Below are positions 17,404-25,506 of a stretch of 64,000 nt of DNA, in pieces (the stretch's first letter is position 1; every line of letters starts with the position of its first letter). The notes beneath the pieces were generated by a model, which searched no databases, was not told the DNA's origin, and saw only the letters and a list, made by a program, of their open reading frames with translations. The translations under genes and the position numbers were made by a program. The stretch is from Saprospiraceae bacterium. Lineage in GTDB: Bacteria; Bacteroidota; Bacteroidia; Chitinophagales; Saprospiraceae. The DNA lies in contig JANMMZ010000085.1 of assembly GCA_031373665.1 (NCBI GenBank), positions 1,389-65,388 of the forward strand. Reading direction: 5' to 3'.

Positions 17404-19839
17404 TTATTCGCTGCGCAGGCTCTCAACAGGATTCGCCAATGCTGCTTTCACACTCTGAAAACCCACCGTCAAAAACGCAATCAGCATGGCTGCTAAACCC
17501 GCAGTTACGAACATCCACCATTGAATATCAATGCGATACGCGAAATCGGCGAGCCATTTATTCATAAAGTAGTAGGCAATGGGCGAAGCGATGACAATGG
17601 CGATGACGACGAGTTTTAGGAAGTCTTTGGCTAACAAGCCCGTGATACCCGCTACCGAGGCACCGAGCACTTTTCGGATGCCGATTTCTTTGGTGCGTCT
17701 TTCGGCGGTGAAAGCAGCCAAGCCAAACAAGCCCAGACAGGCCACAAAAATGGCGATGCCAGCGGCAAGCAATGCCAACACGCCTGTGCGCCTGTCGCTC
17801 CGGTACATCTGATCGAACTGCTCGTTCATGAACTCGTAATCGAAGGGCAGTCCCGGCCCGTTTTTTTGCCAAATAGCCTGGATTTCTGCCAACGTGCCTT
17901 GCACATCGCCGTTTTGAAGGCGAAAACTGATGTTACCCGAGTAATTGCTTTGAATCAGCACCAACGGCTCCACTTTGTTGCGGAGGTTTTCAAAATTGAA
18001 ATCTTCCACCACGCCAATGATTTTCCAATCGGTGAGGCCCTTTGATGCGCCGTCGGACACATCCACTGTGTACAAATTTTGATCAATGGGATTGGCAAAA
18101 CCGAGCATTTTGGCCGCCGATTGGTTGATAATGACGGCATTGGAATCCGCCGGGGAGCCTTCCCTGAAATTGCGGCCAGCCGCCATTCGGATGCCGAGGG
18201 TTGGGATGTAGCCAGCGTCCACTTTCCAGTCGTTTAAGGAAATTGCGTTCTCAGCACTGGTATTTCTGTCCTTGAAAAAGCCGTTGTTGTTGCCATTGCC
18301 ATTGGTCGGCAAATAACCGGTGACTGTGCAGTGTGTGACTTTTGGCAATTGTAATATTTCGTTTTTGAGGATTTGGGCTTTATCGCCCAAAGATTGGGTG
18401 CCGTTGAGGATCAAAACTTGTTCGCGATCGTAGCCGAGGTCTTTGTGCTGTATGAAATCCAATTGTCTATACACGACCAAAACGCCCACAATAAGGAGTA
18501 TGGAGGTCGAAAACTGGAAGGTGACGAGGCCATTGCGCAATAGCTTGCCGCCCGCCCCGCTCGTTAATTGCCCCTTGAGCACGCGCACCGGACTAAAGGC
18601 CGACAGGAAGAATGCCGGATAAAGACCCGACAAAAGACCCGTCAAAATCGTGAAGCCGATCAAAATGGCTATCAACCAAGGGCGTTGGATAAAATCGAAG
18701 GCGATGTGTTTTTCTGTCAAATTATTGAATGCGGGTAACAAAGTCGCTGTCGCCAGCACCGCAATACTCATGGCAAGGCTGCTCACCAATAGTGATTCGG
18801 ACAAAAACTGGCTTACCAATTGGTTTTTTTGCGAACCCAATGCCTTCCGAACGCCTACCTCCCGTGCCCGCATCGAGGAGCGGGCTGTGCTTAGGTTCAT
18901 AAAATTAACCACAGCCAGTACCAAAACAAATAAAGCAATAGCCGAAAACACCCATACCAATTCGATACTCCCAGGGGGACGCAAAGCCCCCGATTGTGCG
19001 CCTGCATACAGGTGGATGTCGGTCAGAGGTAGCAACTTGAACTCGTAGCGGGTGCCAGCCTTCAGCATGTCATCCCAAGAAGTATTAAGTATTTGTTGGG
19101 CCTGTCCGCCGATGTGTTTTCGGACGATTTTGGGCAGTTCCGGGGCAAAAGCAACAGCATCCGCGCCTTTTTGGAACAAAATATAGGTGTGAAAATTGCT
19201 ACTTAACCATGCATCCTCTGCACTCTCGGCAAGCGTGGACATGCTCATCAAAAAATCGAATTGAAAATGACTATTTTCCGGCATGTCGCGCACGACTCCG
19301 CTGATTTCGTACTGGTCTTCCTTACTGTTCAAGGAAAGTGACTGACCAAGTGCATCGCCTTTTGGGAAATATTTGTTGGCAATCGTCTCGCTGATGACCA
19401 GGGTGTACGGTCGTACCAAAGCCGTTTTCGGGTCGCCTGCCACCAAGGGCAGGCTGAATACCCGAAACAAAGTGCTGTCCGCTAAAATCGCCTGGTTTTC
19501 TTCAAACAATTGGTCGCCCTTCCAGACGGGCAAATGTCCAAAATTGCGCAAACGGCAGGTTGTTTCCACCTGCGGATATTCTCGCGCCAGCAAAGGGCCG
19601 AGCGGCGCCGGAGCCTCAATGACGTTGGACTCGGCACCCCCAAAATTGATCTCGGAATCAATCCGGTAAATGCGGTTTGCATGGACATTGAAGCGGTCGA
19701 AACTTAGTTCGTCCAGCACCCACAACGCGATGAGTAAGCAACAAGTGAGGCCTAACGCCAAGCCGAGAATGTTGATGGCCGCAAAACCACGCTGTTTGCG
19801 GAGATTGCGCCAGGCGAGTTTGAAATAGTTAGTTAGCAT
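17404..19839 (-). CDS. ABC-transporter permease, duplicated FtsX/MacB type
   Basis: 811 aa. N-terminus MLTNYFKLAWRNLRKQRGFAAINILGL. Signatures AREVGVRKALGS and TKEIGIRKVLGAS. Ends ANPVESLRSE. Confidence 0.9.
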   Translation of the reverse strand: MLTNYFKLAWRNLRKQRGFAAINILGLALGLTCCLLIALWVLDELSFDRFNVHANRIYRIDSEINFGGAESNVIEAPAPLGPLLAREYPQVETTCRLRNFGHLPVWKGDQLFEENQAILADSTLFRVFSLPLVAGDPKTALVRPYTLVISETIANKYFPKGDALGQSLSLNSKEDQYEISGVVRDMPENSHFQFDFLMSMSTLAESAEDAWLSSNFHTYILFQKGADAVAFAPELPKIVRKHIGGQAQQILNTSWDDMLKAGTRYEFKLLPLTDIHLYAGAQSGALRPPGSIELVWVFSAIALFVLVLAVVNFMNLSTARSSMRAREVGVRKALGSQKNQLVSQFLSESLLVSSLAMSIAVLATATLLPAFNNLTEKHIAFDFIQRPWLIAILIGFTILTGLLSGLYPAFFLSAFSPVRVLKGQLTSGAGGKLLRNGLVTFQFSTSILLIVGVLVVYRQLDFIQHKDLGYDREQVLILNGTQSLGDKAQILKNEILQLPKVTHCTVTGYLPTNGNGNNNGFFKDRNTSAENAISLNDWKVDAGYIPTLGIRMAAGRNFREGSPADSNAVIINQSAAKMLGFANPIDQNLYTVDVSDGASKGLTDWKIIGVVEDFNFENLRNKVEPLVLIQSNYSGNISFRLQNGDVQGTLAEIQAIWQKNGPGLPFDYEFMNEQFDQMYRSDRRTGVLALLAAGIAIFVACLGLFGLAAFTAERRTKEIGIRKVLGASVAGITGLLAKDFLKLVVIAIVIASPIAYYFMNKWLADFAYRIDIQWWMFVTAGLAAMLIAFLTVGFQSVKAALANPVESLRSE

Positions 19840-19914
19840 TTTTTTATATTTTACTGAAAATCAATTTTTTGTGTGTTATTGATCTTGTTTTTTGAAAAAA
19901 TAGCATTGCTGACC

Positions 19915-19965
19915 CTACTCACTCCGCAGCGACTTCATCCCGAAAAAAAATCGGGATTTCGTGCC
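19915..19965 (-). repeat. Conserved hairpin plus a vestigial KSLRSE-stop coding end (site C)
   Basis: Hairpin at 19937-19957 (atcccga a7 tcgggat). On the minus strand it is followed by ATG AAG TCG CTG CGG AGT GAG TAG. Confidence 0.9.
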
Positions 19966-22389
19966 TTATTCGCTGCGCAGGCTCTCAACAGGATTCGCCA
20001 ATGCTGCTTTCACACTCTGAAAACCCACCGTCAAAAACGCAATCAGCATGGCCGCCGCACCCGCAGTTACGAACATCCACCATTGAATATCAATCCGATA
20101 CGCGAAATCGGCGAGCCATTTATTCATAAAGTAGTAGGCAATGGGCGAAGCGATGACAATAGCGATCACAACCAATTTCAAAAAGTCTTTGGTTAGCAAG
20201 CCCGTGATGCCTGCTACCGAAGCACCAAGTACTTTTCGGATACCCATTTCCTTTACTTTTGATTCGATTGTGAATGATACCAACCCAAACAAGCCCAAGC
20301 AAGCAATAAATATGGCCCACAAGGACGCTGCCGCAAACAACCAAGAGTATTGCTGTTCACTGAGGTATGCTTTTTGAAAATTATCGTCGGCAAAAAAGTA
20401 TTCAAATGGATTTCCACTAAAATACTGCCCATATATTTTTTCTAAGGCAGCGATTTTTGCTGGTAAATCGTTGGCCGTAAGCCTTACGGTAAAGTAGGCA
20501 CTGTTGTTTTGCGGGTAATACAAGATCGGCTCGATCGGTTTTTGTAAACTTGTATGATGGTAATCTTTCACCACGCCCACAATGTCTAGGTACCGCTCGT
20601 CCCATTTTATTTTTGTCGTAAGGGCCTCTTCCGCTGTTAATCCCAGCGAAGCGAGGGCCTTTTCATTGACCAAAATTTTGCTATTGTCATTCCATTCTAT
20701 ATTGCATTCGGCACCAGTGAAATTGCGCCCTGTACGCAAGGGCAATCCATATACATCTAAGAATCGCTCGCCGATGATGGCAAAATTGTACGATTTTTCC
20801 TCGTCATTGGGCTTAGATTTTGGAGAGGTAAACCCAGCGGTAGCAAAATTATAACCCTCACTTGGCACACTACCCGTCGCACAATAATCCTGTACAAAAT
20901 TCTGGGTAGCGATGGCGTTCCCAAACCCTGTTTTTCTAAACTTGTAGGTGCTGTCACGGCCTATTTCAGGCCCTCTGATCACCAGCAATTGCTCGGTATT
21001 GATGCCCAACTCTTTGTTTTGCATGTATTTTAATTGGCTATATATAACCACCGTAAATAAGATCAATACCGTGGAAATGCCAAATTGTGCCACCACCAAT
21101 GTTTGGCGTAACCGCAGTCCACTGACGGATTTGGTCAGTTTGCCTCTTAGGGTTTCTATAGGATTGTAGCGTGCAATAGCATTGGCTGTAAAAGCACCAG
21201 ATAAAAGAGAGCCTAAGAACAACGCACCCAAACCATAAAGCCAGACACGGGTTTGGAATAGTGCGGATAGGTCAAGGGTTTTGCCGATGACAAGGTTGAA
21301 AAGCGGTTGCAATGCGACAATTAATATAACTGCCAAGGTTAGGGCCAATAAGTTAACGACCAGTGTTTCGCTCAGAAACTGGGCAATCAACGTGCCTTTA
21401 CTTGCACCGATGGCCTTTCGAACGCCCACCTCTTTGGCTCTGCGGAGGGCATTGGCAGTGCTTAAATTGACGTAGTTAAACCAAGCAATGAGCAGGATCA
21501 AGAATCCAATACCAGCCAGCATGTAAACGTACCGAACATTGCCAGTGTGGAACAAGTTATCGGTGAAATTATTAGCCAAATGTGTTTCCCCAAATGCTTG
21601 AAGTCGGAAAGACACCGCATCTTTTTCAGGTTGAAGGTTGCGACGTAGGGCTGTCAATTTTTGCTCCAATGCTACCGGATCAGAATGCTGATCGAGGAGG
21701 AAAAACATATTGGTGAATTGAGAATCTAGGTTATCCAACCTAGCCCAACCGTTTTCGTTCAGATTGGCTTCATTTTTCAAGGTTTCCAAGGAAAAAACCA
21801 TGTCAAAACGGATATCTGAATTTTCACCCATGTCTTCAAAAACACCTCCCACGATGTAGCGATGGTTTCCAAATTGATTATATAAGGTCAAGGATTTTTC
21901 CAAAGGATTTTCTTGCCCAAAATACTTTTTAGCGTATGATTTTGAAATAAAAACCACATCAGGCTGTTTTAATGCGGCAGCGTCTCCTTGGATCACTGGG
22001 AAACTGAAGAACTCAAAGAAATTGCCTTCTCCATAGCAGACATTCTTCTCCCGATAAGATAGGTTTTTTGCCTCGTTTTTGACAATCCCTTGGCCAATCC
22101 CTTCCCCAAATCGGCAAAATGCCTTGATTTCAGGGAAATTCTCCGTTGATTTTGTTGCCCAACCAGGTTCTACCTCCGGCCATGATTTTCCGTCTGAACT
22201 TTGGCACAAAACACGGTACATCTGGGGTAGTTTTGTATGAAACCGATTGACACTTTGCTCCAAACTAACGTATTGTAGGATCAAAGCAAAGGCAGTAATG
22301 CCCAAAGCCAATCCAGCAATGTTGAGCGCACTATACATACGGCGGCTGCTTAGGCTGCGCCATGCCATTTTGAAATGATTGTATATCAT
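19966..22389 (-). CDS. ABC-transporter permease, duplicated FtsX/MacB type
   Basis: 807 aa. N-terminus MIYNHFKMAWRSLSSRRMYSALNIAGL. Signatures AKEVGVRKAIGAS and VKEMGIRKVLGAS. Ends ANPVESLRSE. The start lies only 4 nt after the stop of the upstream paralogue. Confidence 0.9.
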   Translation of the reverse strand: MIYNHFKMAWRSLSSRRMYSALNIAGLALGITAFALILQYVSLEQSVNRFHTKLPQMYRVLCQSSDGKSWPEVEPGWATKSTENFPEIKAFCRFGEGIGQGIVKNEAKNLSYREKNVCYGEGNFFEFFSFPVIQGDAAALKQPDVVFISKSYAKKYFGQENPLEKSLTLYNQFGNHRYIVGGVFEDMGENSDIRFDMVFSLETLKNEANLNENGWARLDNLDSQFTNMFFLLDQHSDPVALEQKLTALRRNLQPEKDAVSFRLQAFGETHLANNFTDNLFHTGNVRYVYMLAGIGFLILLIAWFNYVNLSTANALRRAKEVGVRKAIGASKGTLIAQFLSETLVVNLLALTLAVILIVALQPLFNLVIGKTLDLSALFQTRVWLYGLGALFLGSLLSGAFTANAIARYNPIETLRGKLTKSVSGLRLRQTLVVAQFGISTVLILFTVVIYSQLKYMQNKELGINTEQLLVIRGPEIGRDSTYKFRKTGFGNAIATQNFVQDYCATGSVPSEGYNFATAGFTSPKSKPNDEEKSYNFAIIGERFLDVYGLPLRTGRNFTGAECNIEWNDNSKILVNEKALASLGLTAEEALTTKIKWDERYLDIVGVVKDYHHTSLQKPIEPILYYPQNNSAYFTVRLTANDLPAKIAALEKIYGQYFSGNPFEYFFADDNFQKAYLSEQQYSWLFAAASLWAIFIACLGLFGLVSFTIESKVKEMGIRKVLGASVAGITGLLTKDFLKLVVIAIVIASPIAYYFMNKWLADFAYRIDIQWWMFVTAGAAAMLIAFLTVGFQSVKAALANPVESLRSE

Positions 22390-22393
22390 AACT

Positions 22394-24829
22394 TTATTCA
22401 GATTTTAAAGATTTGGCTGGATTGGCTAGTGCGGCCTTCATGGCCTGTCCACCAACTGTTACCAGTGCGATGATCATTGCTGCCGCGCCTGCTGCTGCAA
22501 ACATCCACCAAGCAATGTCAATGCGGTAGGTGAAATCAGAGAGCCATTTTTGCATGGCCCACCACGCCAAAGGCGTAGCCAATGTTAAGGCGATCAAAGC
22601 CAACTTCAAGAAATCGAGGGTCAAAAGCCCCGTAATACTCGCTATAGATGCGCCCAGCACTTTTCGAATCCCAATTTCTTTGGTCTTGGCCTCCACCACA
22701 AATACCGTCAGGCCGATCAGCCCCAATGCATTGATGAGTAGGGCCAATAAGGCTACCAGTTTGAAAATAGAAAAGACGCGCCTTTCTTCCTGATAAAGGC
22801 TGACAAGAAATTCATCTAAGAAAGAAGCAGTGAACAAGTCGGCGGGGAAAATAGTTTTCCAAGCCGATTCTATTTTTGAGAGCGTTGCGGTATTGGCCGC
22901 CGCAGGGTCGAGGCGAATACCCAAGGAGTTTTTGAAATTGTGGAGGGGTAATATCGCCACCGATTGAAGCGGGCTGCGCAACGATTGGGTATGGAAATCG
23001 CGCACAACGCCTACGATGGTCGCTACAATTCCGTTGGCTCCAGTTTTTACCGGATTGCCTATGGCGAGTGCAGTGGTCGTATAACCGAGGTTTTTTACAG
23101 CGGTTTCATTCAGTACACATACGTATTTACGTGCATCTTTGGCTACTGATTCCGCTGCTTGTGCCATATCGGCATCGGTCAAAAAACGACCATCCACCAG
23201 TTCTAAACCGTAGGTTTCGAGGTATTGTGGATCGGCAACTTTCATGGCTACTTCCAATTTCTGTTGTTCGTATAGTTCTGGGCGATTGAATCTGGTTGTA
23301 AATCCAGACCGAGAAGTGGGCGCCCCAATGCAATAAGTAGTGGTCTGTACACCCGAAATACGGGCTACTTCAGAGCGAAACGCAGAGATTTGTTCAGGTT
23401 TTGCCTCTGGTAAACGGAGATTCACCACACCTTCTTTATTAAATCCAAGTGGTTTGGAGCGGATGAATTGCATTTGCATGGCCGCCACGATCACCGCTAC
23501 TATAAACACTTGTGCCACCATGAATTGGAAAGCCACCAAACTCCGACGTAGGATCAGAGAATTGCCCATGCCTTTAGTGGAAAGTTTTCCGCGAAAGGCT
23601 TCTACCGGACTAAAACCCGCTAATACAAAGGCTGGGTAGAATCCTGCTGCCAACGTAGTGAGCAAACAAAGCGCAGCCATGAATCCCAGCATTTGGGGTG
23701 ACAACCAATCCGATACAATGTGTTTGTCCAAAAAATTATTAAGGACAGGGAGTATTAAATGGGCTGCAATAGCCGAAAAAGCGGCAGCACCTGCCACCAA
23801 TACAAAGGTTTCAAACCAGAAACGCAGTGCTAACTGAGCCCTACTTGCACCGAGGGTTTTGCGTACGCCTACTTCGCGGGCTTTGCGCTGGGCAATGGCC
23901 GTAGCCAAGTTTACGTAGTTGACCACCGCAATCAGCAACAAGAATAAGGTAATGGCTCCAATCCAATAAAACTGCTCAAAATCGGCGGTATAAGTGGCAT
24001 TGCCATCGGCATAATCCAAGTTGGTATGAATATCAGCCAGTGGTTGAAGGGTATAAGTGTATTTGCTGGGATCCTCTTTGTCTTTGCGAGTATTGGCTAG
24101 GTTCGTGATTCGCTCGCCGATTTGGGCAGCATCCATCTTGGCGCCTGTTTTTACATACAAAAATTGTCCACTCATAAACCACCCCCAACTAGCATCAGGA
24201 TTGGGTGTTCGAGAAGCCGCCGATATAAGCATATTGAATGGCAAATGTGAATTGGCTGGTGCATCGGCCATGATACCCACTACTTCAAACTCCTTTACCA
24301 GACAATCCTCCAATTCGAGGATGATTTGCTTGCCGATAGGGTCTTCTTTTAGAAAATACTTGGCAGCCGTGGTTTCGGTCAGCATCACCACATTGGGCTG
24401 GGTAAGTGCCGTACGCGCATTTCCTTTTTTAGTTTCAAAATGAAATAAATCAAAAAACGCGGTATCCACAAAAACCAAGTCTTTTTCCGTGAAAAATTGG
24501 GTGGCTGATAGCCGCACCAATGCTTGATCAGAGTAAATAACTTCGGCAAATTGGCCATTTTCTCCCAATTCTGCCTTTGCAACCGAAGGCATTATCGTAG
24601 CCCCTTGGGCAAATTTGTCTATTTCTCCATTGGGGCTATCCATCCGTGTTACAACTCGAAAAATCCGCTCGCCATCAGGGTGAAAATCATCAAAACTACG
24701 CTCATGAAAAACCATAAGCCCAATCAGTAAACTGATGGTGAGTGCTACAGATAAGCCTACAAAATTGAGTGCAGCGAAGCCTTTTTGACGGCTCAGGCTG
24801 CGGAATGTATTTTTTAGTAACTCTTTCAT
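22394..24829 (-). CDS. ABC-transporter permease, duplicated FtsX/MacB type
   Basis: Start set at the ATG at 24829 (MKELLKNTFRSLSRQKGFAALNFVGL), because the track start at 24847 is a GTG. Signatures AREVGVRKTLGAS and TKEIGIRKVLGAS. Ends ANPAKSLKSE. Confidence 0.9.
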   Translation of the reverse strand: MKELLKNTFRSLSRQKGFAALNFVGLSVALTISLLIGLMVFHERSFDDFHPDGERIFRVVTRMDSPNGEIDKFAQGATIMPSVAKAELGENGQFAEVIYSDQALVRLSATQFFTEKDLVFVDTAFFDLFHFETKKGNARTALTQPNVVMLTETTAAKYFLKEDPIGKQIILELEDCLVKEFEVVGIMADAPANSHLPFNMLISAASRTPNPDASWGWFMSGQFLYVKTGAKMDAAQIGERITNLANTRKDKEDPSKYTYTLQPLADIHTNLDYADGNATYTADFEQFYWIGAITLFLLLIAVVNYVNLATAIAQRKAREVGVRKTLGASRAQLALRFWFETFVLVAGAAAFSAIAAHLILPVLNNFLDKHIVSDWLSPQMLGFMAALCLLTTLAAGFYPAFVLAGFSPVEAFRGKLSTKGMGNSLILRRSLVAFQFMVAQVFIVAVIVAAMQMQFIRSKPLGFNKEGVVNLRLPEAKPEQISAFRSEVARISGVQTTTYCIGAPTSRSGFTTRFNRPELYEQQKLEVAMKVADPQYLETYGLELVDGRFLTDADMAQAAESVAKDARKYVCVLNETAVKNLGYTTTALAIGNPVKTGANGIVATIVGVVRDFHTQSLRSPLQSVAILPLHNFKNSLGIRLDPAAANTATLSKIESAWKTIFPADLFTASFLDEFLVSLYQEERRVFSIFKLVALLALLINALGLIGLTVFVVEAKTKEIGIRKVLGASIASITGLLTLDFLKLALIALTLATPLAWWAMQKWLSDFTYRIDIAWWMFAAAGAAAMIIALVTVGGQAMKAALANPAKSLKSE

Positions 24830-24843
24830 GTTTGTTGTTTTTA

Positions 24844-25470
24844 TCACTTGTTATCTTGTTGTTTATTGTTCAAGGCTGGGTCTGACCATCCAAATTTTAA
24901 GGTAAGCATACCAAATGCTCCTGACAATTTTTGATTGTTTAAATCGGCCAACTGGACATCGGTCACGGCACGGTACCCGCCTTCTAAGGACAGGTGAAAC
25001 CATCGGTATAAATTCAACTCAATGCCAACACTAGGGCTGGCAATGAATAACCTGTCTTTGCCAATGTCATTCATTTTGACGCGACCAATGCCCAAATCTA
25101 GCTCAATAATGGGGTGTACTACTCGGTGCGCAGCCAGCATATAACCCAATTGGAGCGAATGCCACCGCAGTTTGATATTTTGCACTTTTTGTTCAAACCG
25201 ATAAGGCACATCATTGGATACCCAATTGAAATTATACCCCGCGATGAACTTGCGTTCATACTCGCCTATAAAAGTAAAACTTGAAATCCGCGCCTCTTGA
25301 TCCGCAATATTTCCTGCCTGCAACCGGTATCCACCCCAACCGCCACTACTTTTCAATTTTCGGGTACCGAACAGTGTTTTTTCACTTTGGGCAGAACAAA
25401 CGCCTGCGTACAAAAACATCATTAAAAATAAGGTTGCCGAATGTCGGGCAAAAGTTTGAATTAATCGCAT
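24844..25470 (-). CDS. Small outer-membrane beta-barrel-like protein with a signal peptide
   Basis: 208 aa. Signal ATLFLMMFLYAGVCSAQ. Alternating hydrophobic beta-strand pattern with aromatic residues, and a C-terminal strand MLTLKFGW. It ends ~14 nt upstream of the next permease start. Confidence 0.5.
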   Translation of the reverse strand: MRLIQTFARHSATLFLMMFLYAGVCSAQSEKTLFGTRKLKSSGGWGGYRLQAGNIADQEARISSFTFIGEYERKFIAGYNFNWVSNDVPYRFEQKVQNIKLRWHSLQLGYMLAAHRVVHPIIELDLGIGRVKMNDIGKDRLFIASPSVGIELNLYRWFHLSLEGGYRAVTDVQLADLNNQKLSGAFGMLTLKFGWSDPALNNKQQDNK

Positions 25471-25506
25471 ATTATTATTTATTTTTATTATAAAATATCT
25501 TTTTTG

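Noticed and set aside
17277-17426. N-terminal extensions offered by the ORF track: 14898..17426, 3991..6708, 6524..7762, 30557..33049, 57504.., 48787.. and 8058..8555.
   Set aside because: The extensions overlap the preceding gene, a hairpin or a pseudo-end region. Several begin at non-ATG codons, and they destroy the otherwise conserved N-terminal alignment or signal peptide. Internal ATGs give paralogue-consistent starts.
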